Positions 38,560 to 52,971 of a stretch of DNA of 64,000 nt are shown here, in pieces. The notes beneath the pieces were generated by a model. That model did not search any database. It was not told where the DNA came from and was given only the letters and a program-made list of their open reading frames with translations. Origin of the DNA: Vicugna vicugna (Eukaryota); assembly GCA_013265495.1 (NCBI GenBank), contig MU058781.1, positions 3,349,050 to 3,413,049 of the forward strand, read 5' to 3'. Both the position numbers and the translations under genes were made by a program. Position 1 is the stretch's first letter, and each line of letters starts with the position of its first letter.

Positions 38560-39150
38560 CCCCTGCTCAGAGCCTGAAGTGGCTCCCCACTTCACTCAGA
38601 AGTTCCAAGTTCCTGCCACAGCTTAAGAAGCCCTCCACAATCTGCCCTCAGCTAACTCCCTGGATGGACCTCCTTGTAACTTATCTCGCCAGCCCTGCTT
38701 TCCGGCCCCTGAGGTTGACACTGGCTGCAGCTTTCTTTCTAGAACCCTCTTCCCCTGGATACCCATCCACATGGTTCACTCCTCCAACTCTTTGCCCAAA
38801 TGTCAGCTTCTCAATCAAGCTTACCTGGAACCCCTAGATTTTAAATTGCCACCTCCTTCCATAAGTCCTTAGTCCCCTGACCCTGCTCCACTGGGTTCCT
38901 TTCTGTTTTTGGTTTGCTTGCTTGCTTGTTTGTTTCCCATCTCTTATCACCTGCAGACATGCTCTATAAATTACTTACATATTATATTAGCCTTTTCCTC
39001 ATCTGTCTCTCCTCACTGAAATGTAAGCTCCACCAGGCACGCTGGGATCTTTATCTTTGGTGTGTTCACTGGTATTACAGGCATTCAGTTGCCCACAGCA
39101 GTGCCTGGGACATAGTGGATACTCAGTTTATGTTTATTGAGAAAATGCAA
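38560..39150 (+). mobile_element. L2 3' portion
   Basis: gaaatgtaagctccaccaggca...cagtgcctgggacatagtggatactcagtttatgtttattgag. Confidence 0.8.
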
Positions 39151-40249
39151 GCCTGAGGCTCTCTCTGCATGTGCACACCCCTTGGTTGGTTCACCTGTGC
39201 TGGCAAAATCCAGAACGCTAAAGTGCTGATCCCCCTTGTTTATTCATTTGTATGGCCCATGAAACTTTATTGCTAGTTACTTAAGTAGGAAATATTATAT
39301 TCATTGTATATGGATGCCAAATAGTCTACTTACAAATGGTTGCTTTTAAGTGTTATGGAGAAAAATACCCTGAAAACTGAACTGGTTGGCCAGCAGTGAA
39401 ACAGTGACGATATTTCCCAGGCTTAGCAAGGATCTCAAGAGGTCACCTGGCCTGGCTTCTGTTACTTTTCCAATGTAGGCATGAAGCAGCTGCAGCCCAG
39501 CAAGGTTATTGACTTACCTAAGGGTTCACGGCCAGTGAGTGTGGACTCTGGAAACCCCTGCTAAGGCCTTATGTCCTTCGTTTGGAATTCATGGGAGCCC
39601 AAAAAGAAACAGGGTAATATGTTGCCTGTTGGTAGTCAGAGGATCTTAATAAATATTGCTGTTGGTGGTTATTGTGAATGATTTCTACAAATAAGCATAG
39701 TGCTGTATTTAAAGGATGTTAGGGATATCAGTGGCAATTGTACTGTATTTTCATCACTGAAATTCTATCTGTCCCGTCGCTTGCTTTGTACACTACGGGT
39801 GTGTTTAATTCACATCAGTGGGTGTATCACTTGTCGGGAGGGGAGGAGGGGGAAGACAACCGTCTTTCTACGGTGGAATGATACAGTGTTGCCCCTGCGT
39901 GTGACACATGTCCACAGCTCAGAGGGGCAGGAAGCAGGGGTGTGCCCCTAGTCACTAGGTGGCTGCTCCCTGCAGTCACACCAAGACCCGGGGGAAGAGA
40001 GGATCCCACCGGAGGAGGAGGATCACGGGACTTGGAAGAACAGAACTGATTACGTCCAGTGAGCAGCTTCGCTTTTCACTGTGTGCTGAGAATAAGAGAT
40101 AACATTTCACAGCAAATAATAAAGTGCATTGAGGTGTGCTTTTTCCCTTAGTCGAGTTAGAGCAACGTTTTGGAAGGTGTTATTTTTAATTATCAACACA
40201 AACAGAAGCACCTGAAATGGACAACTCCTATGCACAGGCTGCCTTTCCG

Positions 40250-40266
40250 CCCCCCCCCCCCCCCCC
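40250..40266. repeat. Poly-C tract (C17)
   Basis: Read directly. Confidence 0.9.
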
Positions 40267-40799
40267 GTCTGGCATTCAGGAGGAAAAAGCCTGATATTTA
40301 AATTCGAAGATCATGATCTTTTAAAATAAAAATAACAATTCTCCCCTGTATCAAGGGAAAAGAATGTAGTCGGCTGGAGCCTTTTAGGCCCCATTGTTTA
40401 TCTGGTATCCCAGGTGTGTAGGCTTTTAAAGTCTTGAAGTTTATGGAAAATGCTTTTCACAGCCTTTACCAGGCGCTGTGATTTTGTCACAGTTTTAGCT
40501 GTTTCTGATGTCTCACCTAGAATGGCATCTTCTGCAAGTTGCAGTTTGGAGTAACTGTGAAAATGAAGAGTGTTTACTTTCGGCCTCAGTGACGTATAAT
40601 CATTTATATGGCACCTCAGCGTCTAGCACAGTGGATTGCCCTCGTGTGGGGTAAATGGAAAGCAGTTGAAATGATAAAATGAAGAATAAAGAGAAATTGT
40701 GATCCAGATTCTCTTAAGCAGCATTGTTTTTCATAAAGTTACTATCCCGAACCGAAAAATTAATGAAATTATGATTAGAACAGTGAGCAAACGTTCCCC

Positions 40800-42070
40800 A
40801 GCAAATGTATCCATCTCTTGTGTATTGGTTGAGTCCCTGTTACGTTGCTGGCACCGTTCCGGGCACCAGGAGGGACAAGGTGGCTCCCTTGACTCACGGA
40901 GCTTACAGTCCTGGGATGGGTTCAGGTGCTTGATGGTCATGATGAGGAAAGTATGGGATATTTAGGGCACATGGAAGCATCATCTGCCCAGGCCTGGAGA
41001 CTTAGGGAAGGCATCCTGGAAGGAAACCTGGAGGATGATAAGGAGGAGCTGGGGAAGGTGGGATGGGTAGGGAAATGCTCTAAATAGGAGGACTAGCACA
41101 TGTAGAGGCACCAAGTTAGGGAGAGAGAGAGTCCAGCCTGTCTGTGCGGTGAGGGGGAGTCGGGGCAGACCATGCAAGCAGAAAAATGACATTAGTTGCT
41201 TGTTCTTTATCCTGAGAGCAGTGAGGAGCTCTGGGAGCATTTTCTACACCATCAGATTTGCAGCCTCATCCTTCTGCCTGTGGGGGGAGAAGGACTTGGA
41301 GGGAGACCAAGACATGAGTCAGGGAGACTAGTTAGCCACTGTTGTGGGATTCAGATGGCCTGATGGCCGGTAGTAGGGAGGTGGGTGAGGGGACAGGCTG
41401 GAGGATTGTAGGAGCCAGAGTCAAGAGGGCCTGTGACTGCTTAGATCTGGGGAGAGAAGGGGAAGATGTCAGCATGACTGACACTCAGGATTCTGGCTTG
41501 GCAACTGGGTGGACAGATACAGCAGATACAGGGGACATTCACTGAGCTGGGGACTAACAAGAAGTGAGCTTAGGGCACAAAGTATTGCAGTGGTGTGACC
41601 GCACTGAGTTTTGAGATATCCAGATTTCTAGGCAGACCCCTAAATGTTCAGATTTGAAGCTCTAGCGGGAAATCTGGGTTGAGGATGCGGATTTGGAATC
41701 ATCCATGTGTAAATGGCCATGAAATCATAGAAATTGATGATATTTCTCAGAGAAGATGTAAAAGGAGAAAATAAGTGGTCCTGGTAGAAAACCCCATGGC
41801 ACCCCAGCACTGAATGATCTGGGAGTGAAAAAAAAATGGCCTGGGAATAAGAAAAACCCTCAAAGACTGAGAAGCGGACAGAAAAACAGGAAGTAAACCT
41901 GAAATGTGTAGCATCACGGAAGCCAAGACAAGAGACAGTGGTTCAGTGGGGGGAAAATGATCCAAAGTGTCAAGTACAGACATGTCAAATAACATAAGGA
42001 TCAAGAGGTGTCCTTTTAAAATTTTTTTTAATTTATTTATTTTTTATGATAAGTGTCCTTTTGATGATTT
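40800..42070 (-). mobile_element. L2 LINE, about 1.2 kb
   Basis: ctcacggagcttacagtcct...agggaaggcatcctggaagga...tcaggattctggcttggcaactgggtgga...atgcggatttggaatcatc. Confidence 0.78.
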
Positions 42071-42134
42071 CTATGCTGTTTAATCATAGGCTGTTTAGTT
42101 ACCTGTGAAGCCAGTGTGCCGTCAGCAATGTGTA

Positions 42135-42600
42135 CGTTAAAATGCTTGTGGTATCGGGTAACAAAAACCTCAACTCAAGGAGGCTGCAGCAATAAGCAAA
42201 TTTAGACCAATGATCTTTGTGTGCTTTACCTTCTAAAGCAAACTAAAGGCCTTGAGCAATGCTTGGCATTTGTCAGCGCTCATTTACTACTGCATGAATG
42301 AGTGAGTAAGGGAAAGAAGGAATGAATGAATCTCACATCATAAAATTGAGTGGTAGGGCAGCTTCAGGGCTGGCTAGTTCATCAGCTCAGTAGCATGGCT
42401 AAGATAATGCCATCCTCAGGCTACACCTCCTCATGGTAACAAGATGGCTGCAGTAGTTCCAGCTTCATATGCAGACAATATCCAGAGGAGAGAGAGAGGG
42501 CTGTCTCCCTTCTTGGTATCTCTTTCTGTGAGCAAGAAAACCTGGCCCCATAAGTTCTCCAGAATTACTCTTATTTCTCATTGAGCAAAATTTTTAGAGA
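42135..42600 (-). mobile_element. Old MaLR LTR (MLT1J/K-like), apparently containing a short L2 tail (about 42250-42330)
   Basis: gtaacaaaaacctcaactcaa...gtggtagggcagcttcagggc...ctcatggtaacaagatggctgcagtagttccagc. Confidence 0.65.
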
Positions 42601-43793
42601 TAACCACTGGATATTTTCCCCCTAATTTTGACAGATGTTTCCATAAACCAAAGTATTGCAGGTGCAGTCAACTCCCAAGAGCTGCTACCTAGCATGAGTT
42701 ATCCTTGGAAGACCCACCACAATACCACCCGTCCAACTGCCTGGCCTGGGCCCCGATGTGAAGTCAGGACAGGGCAGGGTGCCTGGGGCATGGTGAGCAT
42801 CACCGCCTGCTTCTGACGCCTGGTTGTTCCACAGCCACTGACCTGCACTGATGTTTGTAATGAGAAGGCAAACAGGACTCTGGAAGGTAGTAGCCAATAT
42901 AAGGAAAGCTGGTTATGCTTAGGAAAACTTTCCTGACTTTATGCGTTTGCCTCGGACTCTTACAGAGCTAGACAGGCCAGTGGGGCGTTGGGCCTTAACC
43001 CCCACATTAATGTCTGTGAAACAGCTGCACTCTCCTAGGAGCCCCAAGCCCAGGATTCTGGTCCCAGCAGCCTCACCTTCTGTCTATACCTGGTACAGGG
43101 CGGCTTCTCACCTCCCTGGGCTCTGCTGTCTGAATGTAACCGCAGGATCCTAGACTGCTCCCGCCAGCAAAGCCTTTCGTTCCTCTCATCCTCTCACTGC
43201 GCCCAGCTTCCAGCCTGCTTGATTGAAGACAGTCTGTTACCAACCAGCGGGCTTTCCTAGAGTCTCTGGGAGCATCCGGGGATGGCTGACCCTGCGACTC
43301 CATTCTGCCCTGGCTCGTCCGCTCATAGGGTTGTCGGAGGGTCAAGGGACACAATCCATTTTGGGCTTTTAGAGCACTGCCTGCCCAGAGTGAGTGCGCA
43401 GTGTCAGCGGTGGTCTCCACTGGACATGTGGCCTGGACTGCTTCTCTGCTCTTTTTACATGCCTGTCTCCCCTGCCTGGCTCCCCTTCACCCCAGCCTAG
43501 ACTCTCCCTAGTTCCCTAAGATTCCACTGTGAGGCAACAGGACTTCCCCGAAGGACCCCCCCCTTTAGTTGTGTGTTGCTGCTCTCGGGGCTGCACGTGC
43601 TCTCAAGCCCTGTCTTTCCCCGCTGTGCTCCACCCACCACTGCTTCATCGCTAAAGGAAATATCCGCTAAACTGCCCACTCGTTGTGATGTGGACCAGTT
43701 TAGCAACATCATTTCAATCTCCCGGTTCCAGAAACGGGTTCACTTTTGCATATTCGTTAGGCCCATTATTGTGATTTTTAAGTCTGTCTTGAG

Positions 43794-43999
43794 CAGTGCT
43801 GTCCAACAGAATTTTCAGCAATTGCAGGAATGCTCCATCACCTTTGCCGGGCAGTGCAGCGGCCATCAGCCACGTGTGGTTGTTGAGCCCTTCAGATGTG
43901 GCTAGTCTGACTGAGGAACTGCCTTTTTAATTTTATTTAATTTTAGCTAATTTAAACGATAGCCGTACGTGGCAAGGGGTTTCCTGTTGGAGAGCTCAG
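43794..43999 (+). mobile_element. MER3-like MITE, full length
   Basis: cagtgctgtccaacagaatttt...agccacgtgtggttgttgagc...atgtggctagtctgactgaggaactg...ttttatttaatttta...ttggagagctcag. Confidence 0.88.
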
Positions 44000-46029
44000 C
44001 TGGAGAGACAGAGCTGCTTAAATTTTGAAGTGGTCAGCCCTCATCACTTTCCTCCTCCAACTCCAGCCAGTAAAGATTTTTTTTAAATCTTGGATTCCGT
44101 TAACTCTGAAAGGCCCCTTGCACAACGATGTATGATTCTGTGAGATCTACACTATCACATAATAATGTAGGAGAGAAACTGTGCCATTCCATTCATTTTG
44201 TATTCAGTCTCTGCTCCAGTTGCATTTTTGATACCAAGATGCCCAGGAATAGCAAGATGGTAGATCCTCTTACAGCTACAAACCTGGGAGACGAGGGTGG
44301 TGACTTGGTAATAGTGGTCAAAACCATCCCAGTTCCTCAGGATAAATGATGTAAAAACCTGGTGTGAAGACTGGGGGGAGGCATAACTGTACCGAGGGAG
44401 GCAGGTGAAAGAAACACCCCTGGGAGACACACCACAGATGAGGTGTTTGGAGTCACGGAAGCAGCCGAGAAACCACATGAGCTGTGGTTTGCTGACCTTG
44501 AGGTCCAGTAAAAGGCAGAAAATGCTGATAAATCCAGCAGGAAAGAGCTATAGGGAAGTGCAAGGAAAAGAGGCTACCCAAAGCCAATGCCACTTTTGTG
44601 ATAGAAAGTCATTGTTTTAGGCAAAGATCTCTGAACAAGAGCAGAAAAATCATTAACATCAAAATAGGATGTTAAATCCAGAACAATAGCAACTATTTAA
44701 AAACAACCAACCAAAAAACCAAGTTCTCCAAGCACAAAGACATGTACCATTCCATCCTATATTTAACATCATCCAATCAGAGTATCAGGGAATTGACTGC
44801 CTTCTGAGATTGAAATCCATCTTGCACAGATTTTCAAGGTAGTATTAGGCTCAGAAGGATTCTGTGAGTTACAAAGATTCCTGTATCAGACAGAAGACCT
44901 CGTGGCTCTGGCAGAATTGTTCTGTGTAGGCTGGTCAGAATCATCCAAAGACTTCTGCCTGCAAACAGAGGTAAAATGTAAGCGGGAAGATTCTCTAACT
45001 TGTGGATTCAGAAAATATAGGTTCTCTGATCCTTACAGAATTCCTGCAATTTCTGCCTTAAATCCTAGGGGTACACAGGTACTTTTAGACATACAGACAC
45101 ACACTTAAAATGACTTTTCCTCACTGAGGAAGAAAGTGCACCAGAAGAGGGAGACGGACAGACAGAGAGAGAGAGACAGGGAGACACACTCTAGTTTTCG
45201 TTTTTGCAAGTAAGACTTTCAGTTCGTCTTTTTAAATTCGCAAGAATCCCCAAATTAATTAGTAAATATGCAATGTTAATAGAGATGCATTGCTTTCCGT
45301 GTGTGTTTAAAATTCTTCACAATGAGATCTGTAGCACTGTTTAATTTTTTCCCACTCTAATGGAAAGGGTATATCAGTGTCAACAAACAAACAAACAAAA
45401 TCGAAGTCTTTATTTTGTGGCTCACCACCACCAGAGTGACACTTCTCGGGAGAGCACTTTCAGCTCCGCAGGGTAACTCACCAGCCACTCAGTGGAGATG
45501 CCCTTTATGGTCAGAGAGCACGTCTGGGAAGCCGCAACAGCCGCTCTTGTCTCAGAGGGACAAAACAATTAGCTAATGCCTGCATGAGGGCTCCTCTTCC
45601 ATGTCTTTGCCAAGATAATCATTTGCTTTAACATAGGTGGCTTCACCTTTTGATTTTGCTTTAATTAGAGCCATCGGTGATCACCAGGGAATGAAAACGT
45701 GTTTGAATTTTCACAGGCATGCATGTGTGAATTCTACACATTTGCGTTACCAACAGAGATGTAGTGTCGTTAACACTTCCTAATGTTTTCGGTCTAAAAC
45801 TGTCACATTGCATCACTTACAGAATTGTTTTTCTTTACAGTGGAAGCATCAGTGTAACCACGATCTCGTGATGTTCATTATTCTCCTCTGCCTCAAGTGC
45901 TAAAAGTAGCAGAATTTGAGCTGTGACAGTTACATGTCTGATTTATAAAGGTTTGCTATATTGTCCTTTTGACATCCTTAAGGAAATAAAAATTTTTTAG
46001 TCATTTTAAATGAGGTCTCACACACTCAC

Positions 46030-46200
46030 TCTGACCACGTACTGGCCCAGCACCTACTAGTTATATGACTTTACGCAAGTTACTTGAATCATTTAATGTT
46101 CACTTTTCTTTATGCAATGAGGATAATTTGGGTACCAACTTCATAGGATTGTTTTATATATATTAAGGGAACAAGAGCCTGGCACATAATATATTCCTGA
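46030..46200 (+). mobile_element. MIR SINE
   Basis: tactagttatatgactttacgcaagttacttgaa...gtaccaacttcataggattgtt...gcctggcacata. Confidence 0.72.
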
Positions 46201-49200
46201 AATAATATAGTTTGCAAAATTTTGTTATTATATGTAAGATGCCCAGTGTGGTACTTGATACTGAAGATGTTCCAAATGCTCCAAAAATATTTCTTTTGCC
46301 ATCTCTTCCTCTTTCCTTTCTTCCTCCTTGTCTCTCAGCTGTGTATAGAGGGTTTTATGTACATTATGAGCCTCTAGCTCTACACTAAAACTTACTAGTT
46401 TTTTTAAAAATAAAAATATAAAGCTTTATTTGGCTAATGGTAAACATGAAATCAATCAATGTTGTTCCTAGTTCTTGCTGTAATGTGCACAAGTAGAGTA
46501 AGTTGTAGGAGAAAAAGGAAAACTTTTGTTTCCTTTCTGGAACAAAGGTAAAACAGTTTGCTAGTTTAGCTGATCTGTTGTTTCAGGCTTGTTTGCAGGC
46601 TTGGGAGAGCTTATTCTCATTTTGCATCTGTCGATAATCCGGACTTTGATCTGGAAGAACGTTGGACAACATTCATCACAGTCACTTTGTTTTCAAGAGA
46701 CAAACTGAGGTCCATCGTAGTGATAGCAAAAACAAGAACACCGCCCTCCTGGTGCGCAGAGTCTGGCTCCTTTCCACTGTCCCTGCTTCTCTCTTCCTGC
46801 CCCTCAAGAATGAGTTAGGGGTGCTCACCAGCACCCCTCTGTTTATTGACACATAGGCCTCTCAGGAGAGCATGGCTTATACCACCATCGTTTCTGGCAC
46901 CTGTCAGTGGGTCCTTCAGTTTCTTTTTACCTGAGATGGAAAAAAGCATTCTCTTCCCTTACGTCTCCAGACTGTTAAGCATCTGAGTGGTCCAGTATTA
47001 GCACACTTCTTCCCTCTCTGAGTTTCTGAACCATTTGAAGGCTAAGATAAGTGAGAATTGAAGTAGGGTATCACCTTTATTACCAATAAACTCTAACCGG
47101 GGGGAAGTCAGTGATGAGGCCGATAACTCTCTACTCTCCCCAAGTCAGCCCACCAGGAGGGAAAGTCAGAGTCCTGAAGCAGCGCTGGCCCACGGGGGTA
47201 AGGGGAGGATGCAGAGTCCCCTGTGCTCCCTGTTTGGATGGATTTGCTCCACCTGGTGGAGAAACAGGGCCCAGTGGTTGCATCCTAACAACGAGGTACC
47301 TGTGGAGAAGGGGTAAGAAGCCGGGCTCAGGGAAAATACCTCAAGAAACCAGACGAGCAAGGAAAGGGTTTTTCCCTCCAAAAAACCTATTATATTTTCG
47401 TATAACTTAAGAAGGCAGCATGCCCTTTTTTATTTTTTAGACATATAAGCATGTTTTCCAAAAGGAAAAGTTAGTGATCATTAAGCTCTGCTCTGTCATG
47501 CCAAACGCACTGCAGAACTCGGCTGAGCTGCATACATATTTCATCTTGAGGTCACTGTGATCAGCATGTACATCTTGTTCTCCACGCCTGCTTTTGTCCT
47601 TGACGTTGTTTCAAACACACTGTTTTGGGTCCGCGTCACCCGCAGGGTCACTTCACTTGCATTTCTTTCATTCCCAGCCAGGCTGTGCGTGTCACAAGTG
47701 GCACCTGGGACTTGACTTTTGTTTATTTGTACAAATAGTCTGCATACTTGGAATAGCCATTCTTTTATTAGCTATGTTTAGTTTGGTTCATATTTCCCCA
47801 CTATGCTGCTTGGGTTTTTCCTTATATTGGGTGTACAGCATTTTCATTTGCAAATTAAAAATCTAAAAGTTTATGAGTAAGTTAAAATTTTCCATCTGGC
47901 TTCCCTGTTACACAGCCTAACTAAAAATGTGTGCGTGTGTATACACATGTATTTTTTTATTTATCTATTTAAACAATTGTAGTTTTAAAGTTTTATTTTT
48001 AGCTTTATGACCTGGTAAAATTTATTGCAGTAATGAGTGATTCAATATATAGATGTAAAGCAGTTCTTTAAACTCATATTCAACTAGTATTTATCAAATA
48101 AATAGTTCTTATCCAACTAGAAATACAATTTTAAACATACGCTTTTATATAAACCATAATACATATCCTGGAAAATTAGATTAAGTGGTGAGTTTGTTTA
48201 AAGTATTTTGGTTTTCAGAATTGAAATTTTTTTAATCTTGGCCTCTATGGGGCCATGAATCCTGAGTGCCCTCAGAACAAAATGTCCAACTTTCATGCAC
48301 TTTTTTAAAAAACAAAAACTGTCATTACACAGGCATTCACGAAAACCCAGAGGAATTCCTGTTGCCTGTTCTCCATAGAGACATTCATCCACTTGAAAAA
48401 AGTCTTCGGTTAGCCTTAAACTTTGAGAAATGTAATTGATCAGACATTGATGTCAGTCACCGTAAAATCAGAGAATATTCCTACAGCAAAACAAACAACA
48501 ATAACAAGACAATTTTTTTTGAGACCCACTTGGAATAAAATCACAAAGTTAATACCCAGTTGTAGGTGGATGTAATCCCTTAACAAACTGAACCAAACAA
48601 ATATTTTTGAAGTATCTTTCGAGCCAGCCTTCTTTTACGCAGATTGTACTTTTAGAACATAAAGAAAATTTTATGCAAGACAAGATCCCCTGTGTGGTCT
48701 CCGTCTATTCTGAGCATACATCTTCTGTTCTCCTTCACCTTTTATTTTTCTTATCCACTTCTTGCCCTCCAGCCCACACACCAGCTAGCTCACACGAGGT
48801 CCGCTCTGTCTGCGTTTCTGCATCACGTCTTGCCGCACTCTTTCCCCAGGGCACGTCTGTTTTCTCCTTAGCATTTGGCACAACACCTGCCTTGTGGGAG
48901 GAGAGGCCGGGCAGGGTGCGATTCAGCGCCAGGGTTTGGAGGCAGCGACCTGGCAGTCGTTTCTCCAGGTATCATAAGGAGCTAAGAGCAAATCCATTTG
49001 TAAGGGTCAGCGAGTTCTGGTATGTGATCCCTGTTGTTCACGAGAGGGTCTGCCCTGGTGTTTGTCGGTTGGATGAAGTCGTTCACACTCACCTTGCCTT
49101 TGACGCTCCTTGATTTGATGTGAGCCTGATTCTACCAACATCTTTATTTCTTACACCTGACAAGGAGAAGAGGCGCAGATGGCCCGCACCTTGTCCGTGG

Positions 49201-49578
49201 CCAGTTCTCTCTTAATCCATTGCTTCCCACGTCTCACCATTTAAGTCATGACACTCACCTGCACTCACTTCTGCGTTCTTTTCTCTGCCGCTTCTGTGAC
49301 CTACTTCTGCCTTGTCGGATGTGTCTGCATCTGGCTCACAGTGTACTTTCTTCCCCGCCCTATCGCCACCTCCAGTCCCAGTGTCCATCGTGACAAGTTC
49401 ATATTCATAATCCATGGTGAGACAGCGCAACCTCCTGCTTTGTCTTTGAGAGTCAAACCAACTCTCTCTGTTCCGTGTTAGCCACGTAAACAGCATTTCT
49501 TGTCCTAAACCTCATCAGGAAAAGGCACTGTTGCCATTCGAGGTTCTCTTGCTTCTGTGACATTCCTTACCTCCAGTC

Positions 49579-49757
49579 CAGTGGTTCTCAAAGTGCAGAA
49601 CCCTGACCAGCAAAAGCAGCTTTGGTATAACCCAAGTACTTGTTAGACGTGCGTGCACCAACCCCCCGGGTCAGAAACTCCGCAATGAGGCCCAGCAGCC
49701 TGTGTTGTAAGTGCCCTCCAGGAAGCTGTGATGCCCGCTGAGGGGTGAGAGCCCTTG
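49579..49757. mobile_element. MER5A-like hAT-Charlie element
   Basis: cagtggttctcaaagtg...tcagaaactc...ggcccagcagcctgtgtt...gccctccagg...tgagagcccttg. Confidence 0.82.
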
Positions 49758-52755
49758 CCTTCACCCATCAGGTCTCTTCTGTTGCCCGCTTCCTTCCTCC
49801 TCGTCGTGCTTTGTTGACTCTAGTGGGAGACGTCTTACACTTAGAGCAATTGTACTGTTTTGAAAACCACCGTTACAGATAATTTTAGAAGAGCCTGTAA
49901 AACATCAGGATAATTTCCAGTACTCAGTGAGCTCTTTCCCGTCTTGTTAATGATGACGAGACAGTGATGATCTAGATGGATGGAAATACAAATAATCCGT
50001 AAGACTCGGTTTGTTCAGGAGGGTTAAATTCCTCCCAGGGGAGACGGTTTTCCTACATGGAGTCTAGTACATTAACGCTTCTACTTCTGTGTGGGTCTGA
50101 ACATGTCATAGGAACTTTAAAATAACAGTTACTCAACAGAAGCAGCATCATTCTATCCCCACGTCATAGGAATGCAAATCAGGTTCCACTTTTGTCACTT
50201 GTCATCTTAGTCGTAAATAGTATTAATGATGAATGTGTATCTATTGCATAGTTTCAATTTGTTTCTACCAGATGTGTCTGTACATATATGTGAGCAGGTA
50301 GGTAGATAAAACATGGTTACTAGTGTTAATGTTGAAGAGATGACCAAAAGCTGAGAAAGTTCTGTGGTCTGTACCTGCTGCTGTGTAAATGGACAAACGC
50401 TGTGGAAAAAAACGATTTCACGAGATCCAGGTATATGTCACCAGACATTAAAATATTAATACACAGAAGTTTCACTTACTGGAATCTTTCCTAAAGGGGG
50501 AGAATTCTAATTGCAGAGAAGATTTTATACAGGAAGGTAGTCAGCAGAGATTTCTGTTTTCATAATAGCGTAGAACATTGGAAATCCTTTTGTGACCAAT
50601 CGCAAAGGGATGACTAAATAAACTTCTGCATGTTCATTCAGTGTAATTAAGACGATAACCATGCGAATTACATGCTTATCAAAGTTTTTAAAAAAACAGG
50701 ACAAAATTTGATACACACAACTGTGAAACTTGTGGGGCAAAAGCTTTCTGTTAGGGTAGTGATATGATCAGTGTCTTATTCTTTTTTCTCCTGCTTTCAT
50801 GTTTTCAATGGAAATGTGTATTTAGAAATTATGAGAGTAGAATTTTCAAGATTATTTTTTCTCCAAAGTGGTTTGGGCCTTTGCAGTTTAGCAAAGGTAC
50901 TTTTAATCCATAGGGAGCTAAATTTTTTGAGACTTAATATGTTCCCAAGAGAAGTAAGTCATACTGCCTCTCTGTTACCACCAAAACCTCTAGCGCTAAA
51001 CCAGCTGCCTTGATGAACAGAGATTCATAGAATCTAAAGCAATCTGACTGCTGTTGTATTTTTTTTCCCTAATATTGCTTCTGTGGTACTTTTAACAGTT
51101 AAAATGTATAGCAGTCATTCCATTGCATCTTTGCCCCAAAGGAGCAGAACAGGGCCACAGCCCTGCAACCCGTCCTCCTCGGGTGGCCTTATCCGGGACT
51201 TTCACTGCACTGGGAACATCAGAAGTCAAAGTGGTTTCCCAGAGATGTATTAAACCTAATGGCAGCTGCATCGTCATTTCACCAACTGGGAACTTTCAGC
51301 AGAGCTACTTCCCACGGTGTGCATTTGAACAAGCTAAATTAAAACATGTTAGGAAGACTAGGGACCATCCATCCTGGGACGGCAGTGCGTTCACGTTCGC
51401 ACCCGCAGCCCTTTCCATCCTGAAGACGCAGTTCAGCTGTGTGCTGCCCACAGCACAGCGGCAGCCTGAGAGTCTGGTCTGCTCTCAGTAGTGAGGAGCG
51501 CTGATCACATTGTCAGTCACAGTCATGGGGACCACTGTTACCATCTGAGGCATAGAAGAGGCCGAGTGAAAAGAAGGGGGGAAAAGCACCCATAGTCTTC
51601 AAGAGTCAGTGCTTTATATGGTCTGCTTCACGTGAGGTTTTGGGTATCCACTATAGCCATTTTTTCTATGTTTGTAGAAGATTCAGGTCAAATAGCCTAT
51701 GTCCTTGAACCATATGCTGTCTAAAGCCTGTCGGTTTATAAATTGCTCTGTTGAACATTTATTTCATCAGGCCAGTTCTAACCGGGGGGAGGAGGGGCGG
51801 GCAGAGAAATCCTTCGCTGCTGTATCATCAGTGTGTGTAAAATTAAAGCCTTGGGAGGAACATAGCAAAAGGAAAGGATTATTTATCCAAGATTAACCTT
51901 GGAGTCATTTCTCTATTTTATTTCTACAAGTGAATCGTCTATCTTCCCGTTTTAAGGCAGGTAATCGCTTTGCTGGTTTCTGTGTTTCTGACTAAACATA
52001 ACTTAGAGTCTTTCATGTGGATATTTATGCATCTGACTGGAACAGCTTTCAGCCCTCTTTAAAAATTAATTTGACTCTAATGTCTAGTTATCCAGAACTC
52101 CCCTGGGCTAGGGTGAAATCACACGGAGGGGGATTTTGATTTGACAAACGGCCGTTGTGCAGGAGGCTTTGATCGTCTACTAGCTGCCCCTTGTCTTGCT
52201 GAGCTTCAAGCAGGATCAAAGTCTGCAGCCCACACGGCGGGATCCCTGGTAGGCACTGCGAGGATTCTGGCACTTCCCAGCATCCTTGAGCTGCTGCAGC
52301 CCTCAGCTGGCACTTAAACCCCAACCCCCTACACATTTATCTACCTGGATGCAGGCAGAGGTAGGGAGAAGACAGGATGAGTTTCTCCTAGGACCTTGGT
52401 AGACTGTTTCCTGGTACTTGTTGAATGCTGTGAAGCCCTTTGCCCCCTGAAATAGGAATTCTGATTTTCCAGTCTCTGAGTCCTGCTCAGTTCTTCTAAG
52501 TTTTCAAAAATTATGAAGAAACAGTCATTTTAATTCTCATTTGGAAATCCGTGCAAAATCGATCAGAAAGATGGAGACAAAATAGACAAATGGTTGAAGG
52601 TCATTGGAAATTGCTGCCTGGTGGTTAGACGCCTTAAAAGCAAAAGAACAAGTATAGACTTTACAGACTGGCCTTGATAAAGGTTGTCTAGAGCATCCAG
52701 TCCCTGTTAGCAGGCGGTGAATGTCACCCTTCCCTGGAAGGCAGGTGTGCTCTAA

Positions 52756-52971
<216 letters not shown>

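Noticed and set aside
38106..39150. Inverted L2 pair as a miR-28/151-like hairpin source
   Set aside because: The L2 3' ends point away from each other, about 1 kb apart; no compact hairpin is visible.
48607..49113. 168-aa ORF
   Set aside because: TTG start, no recognisable domain; consistent with chance.
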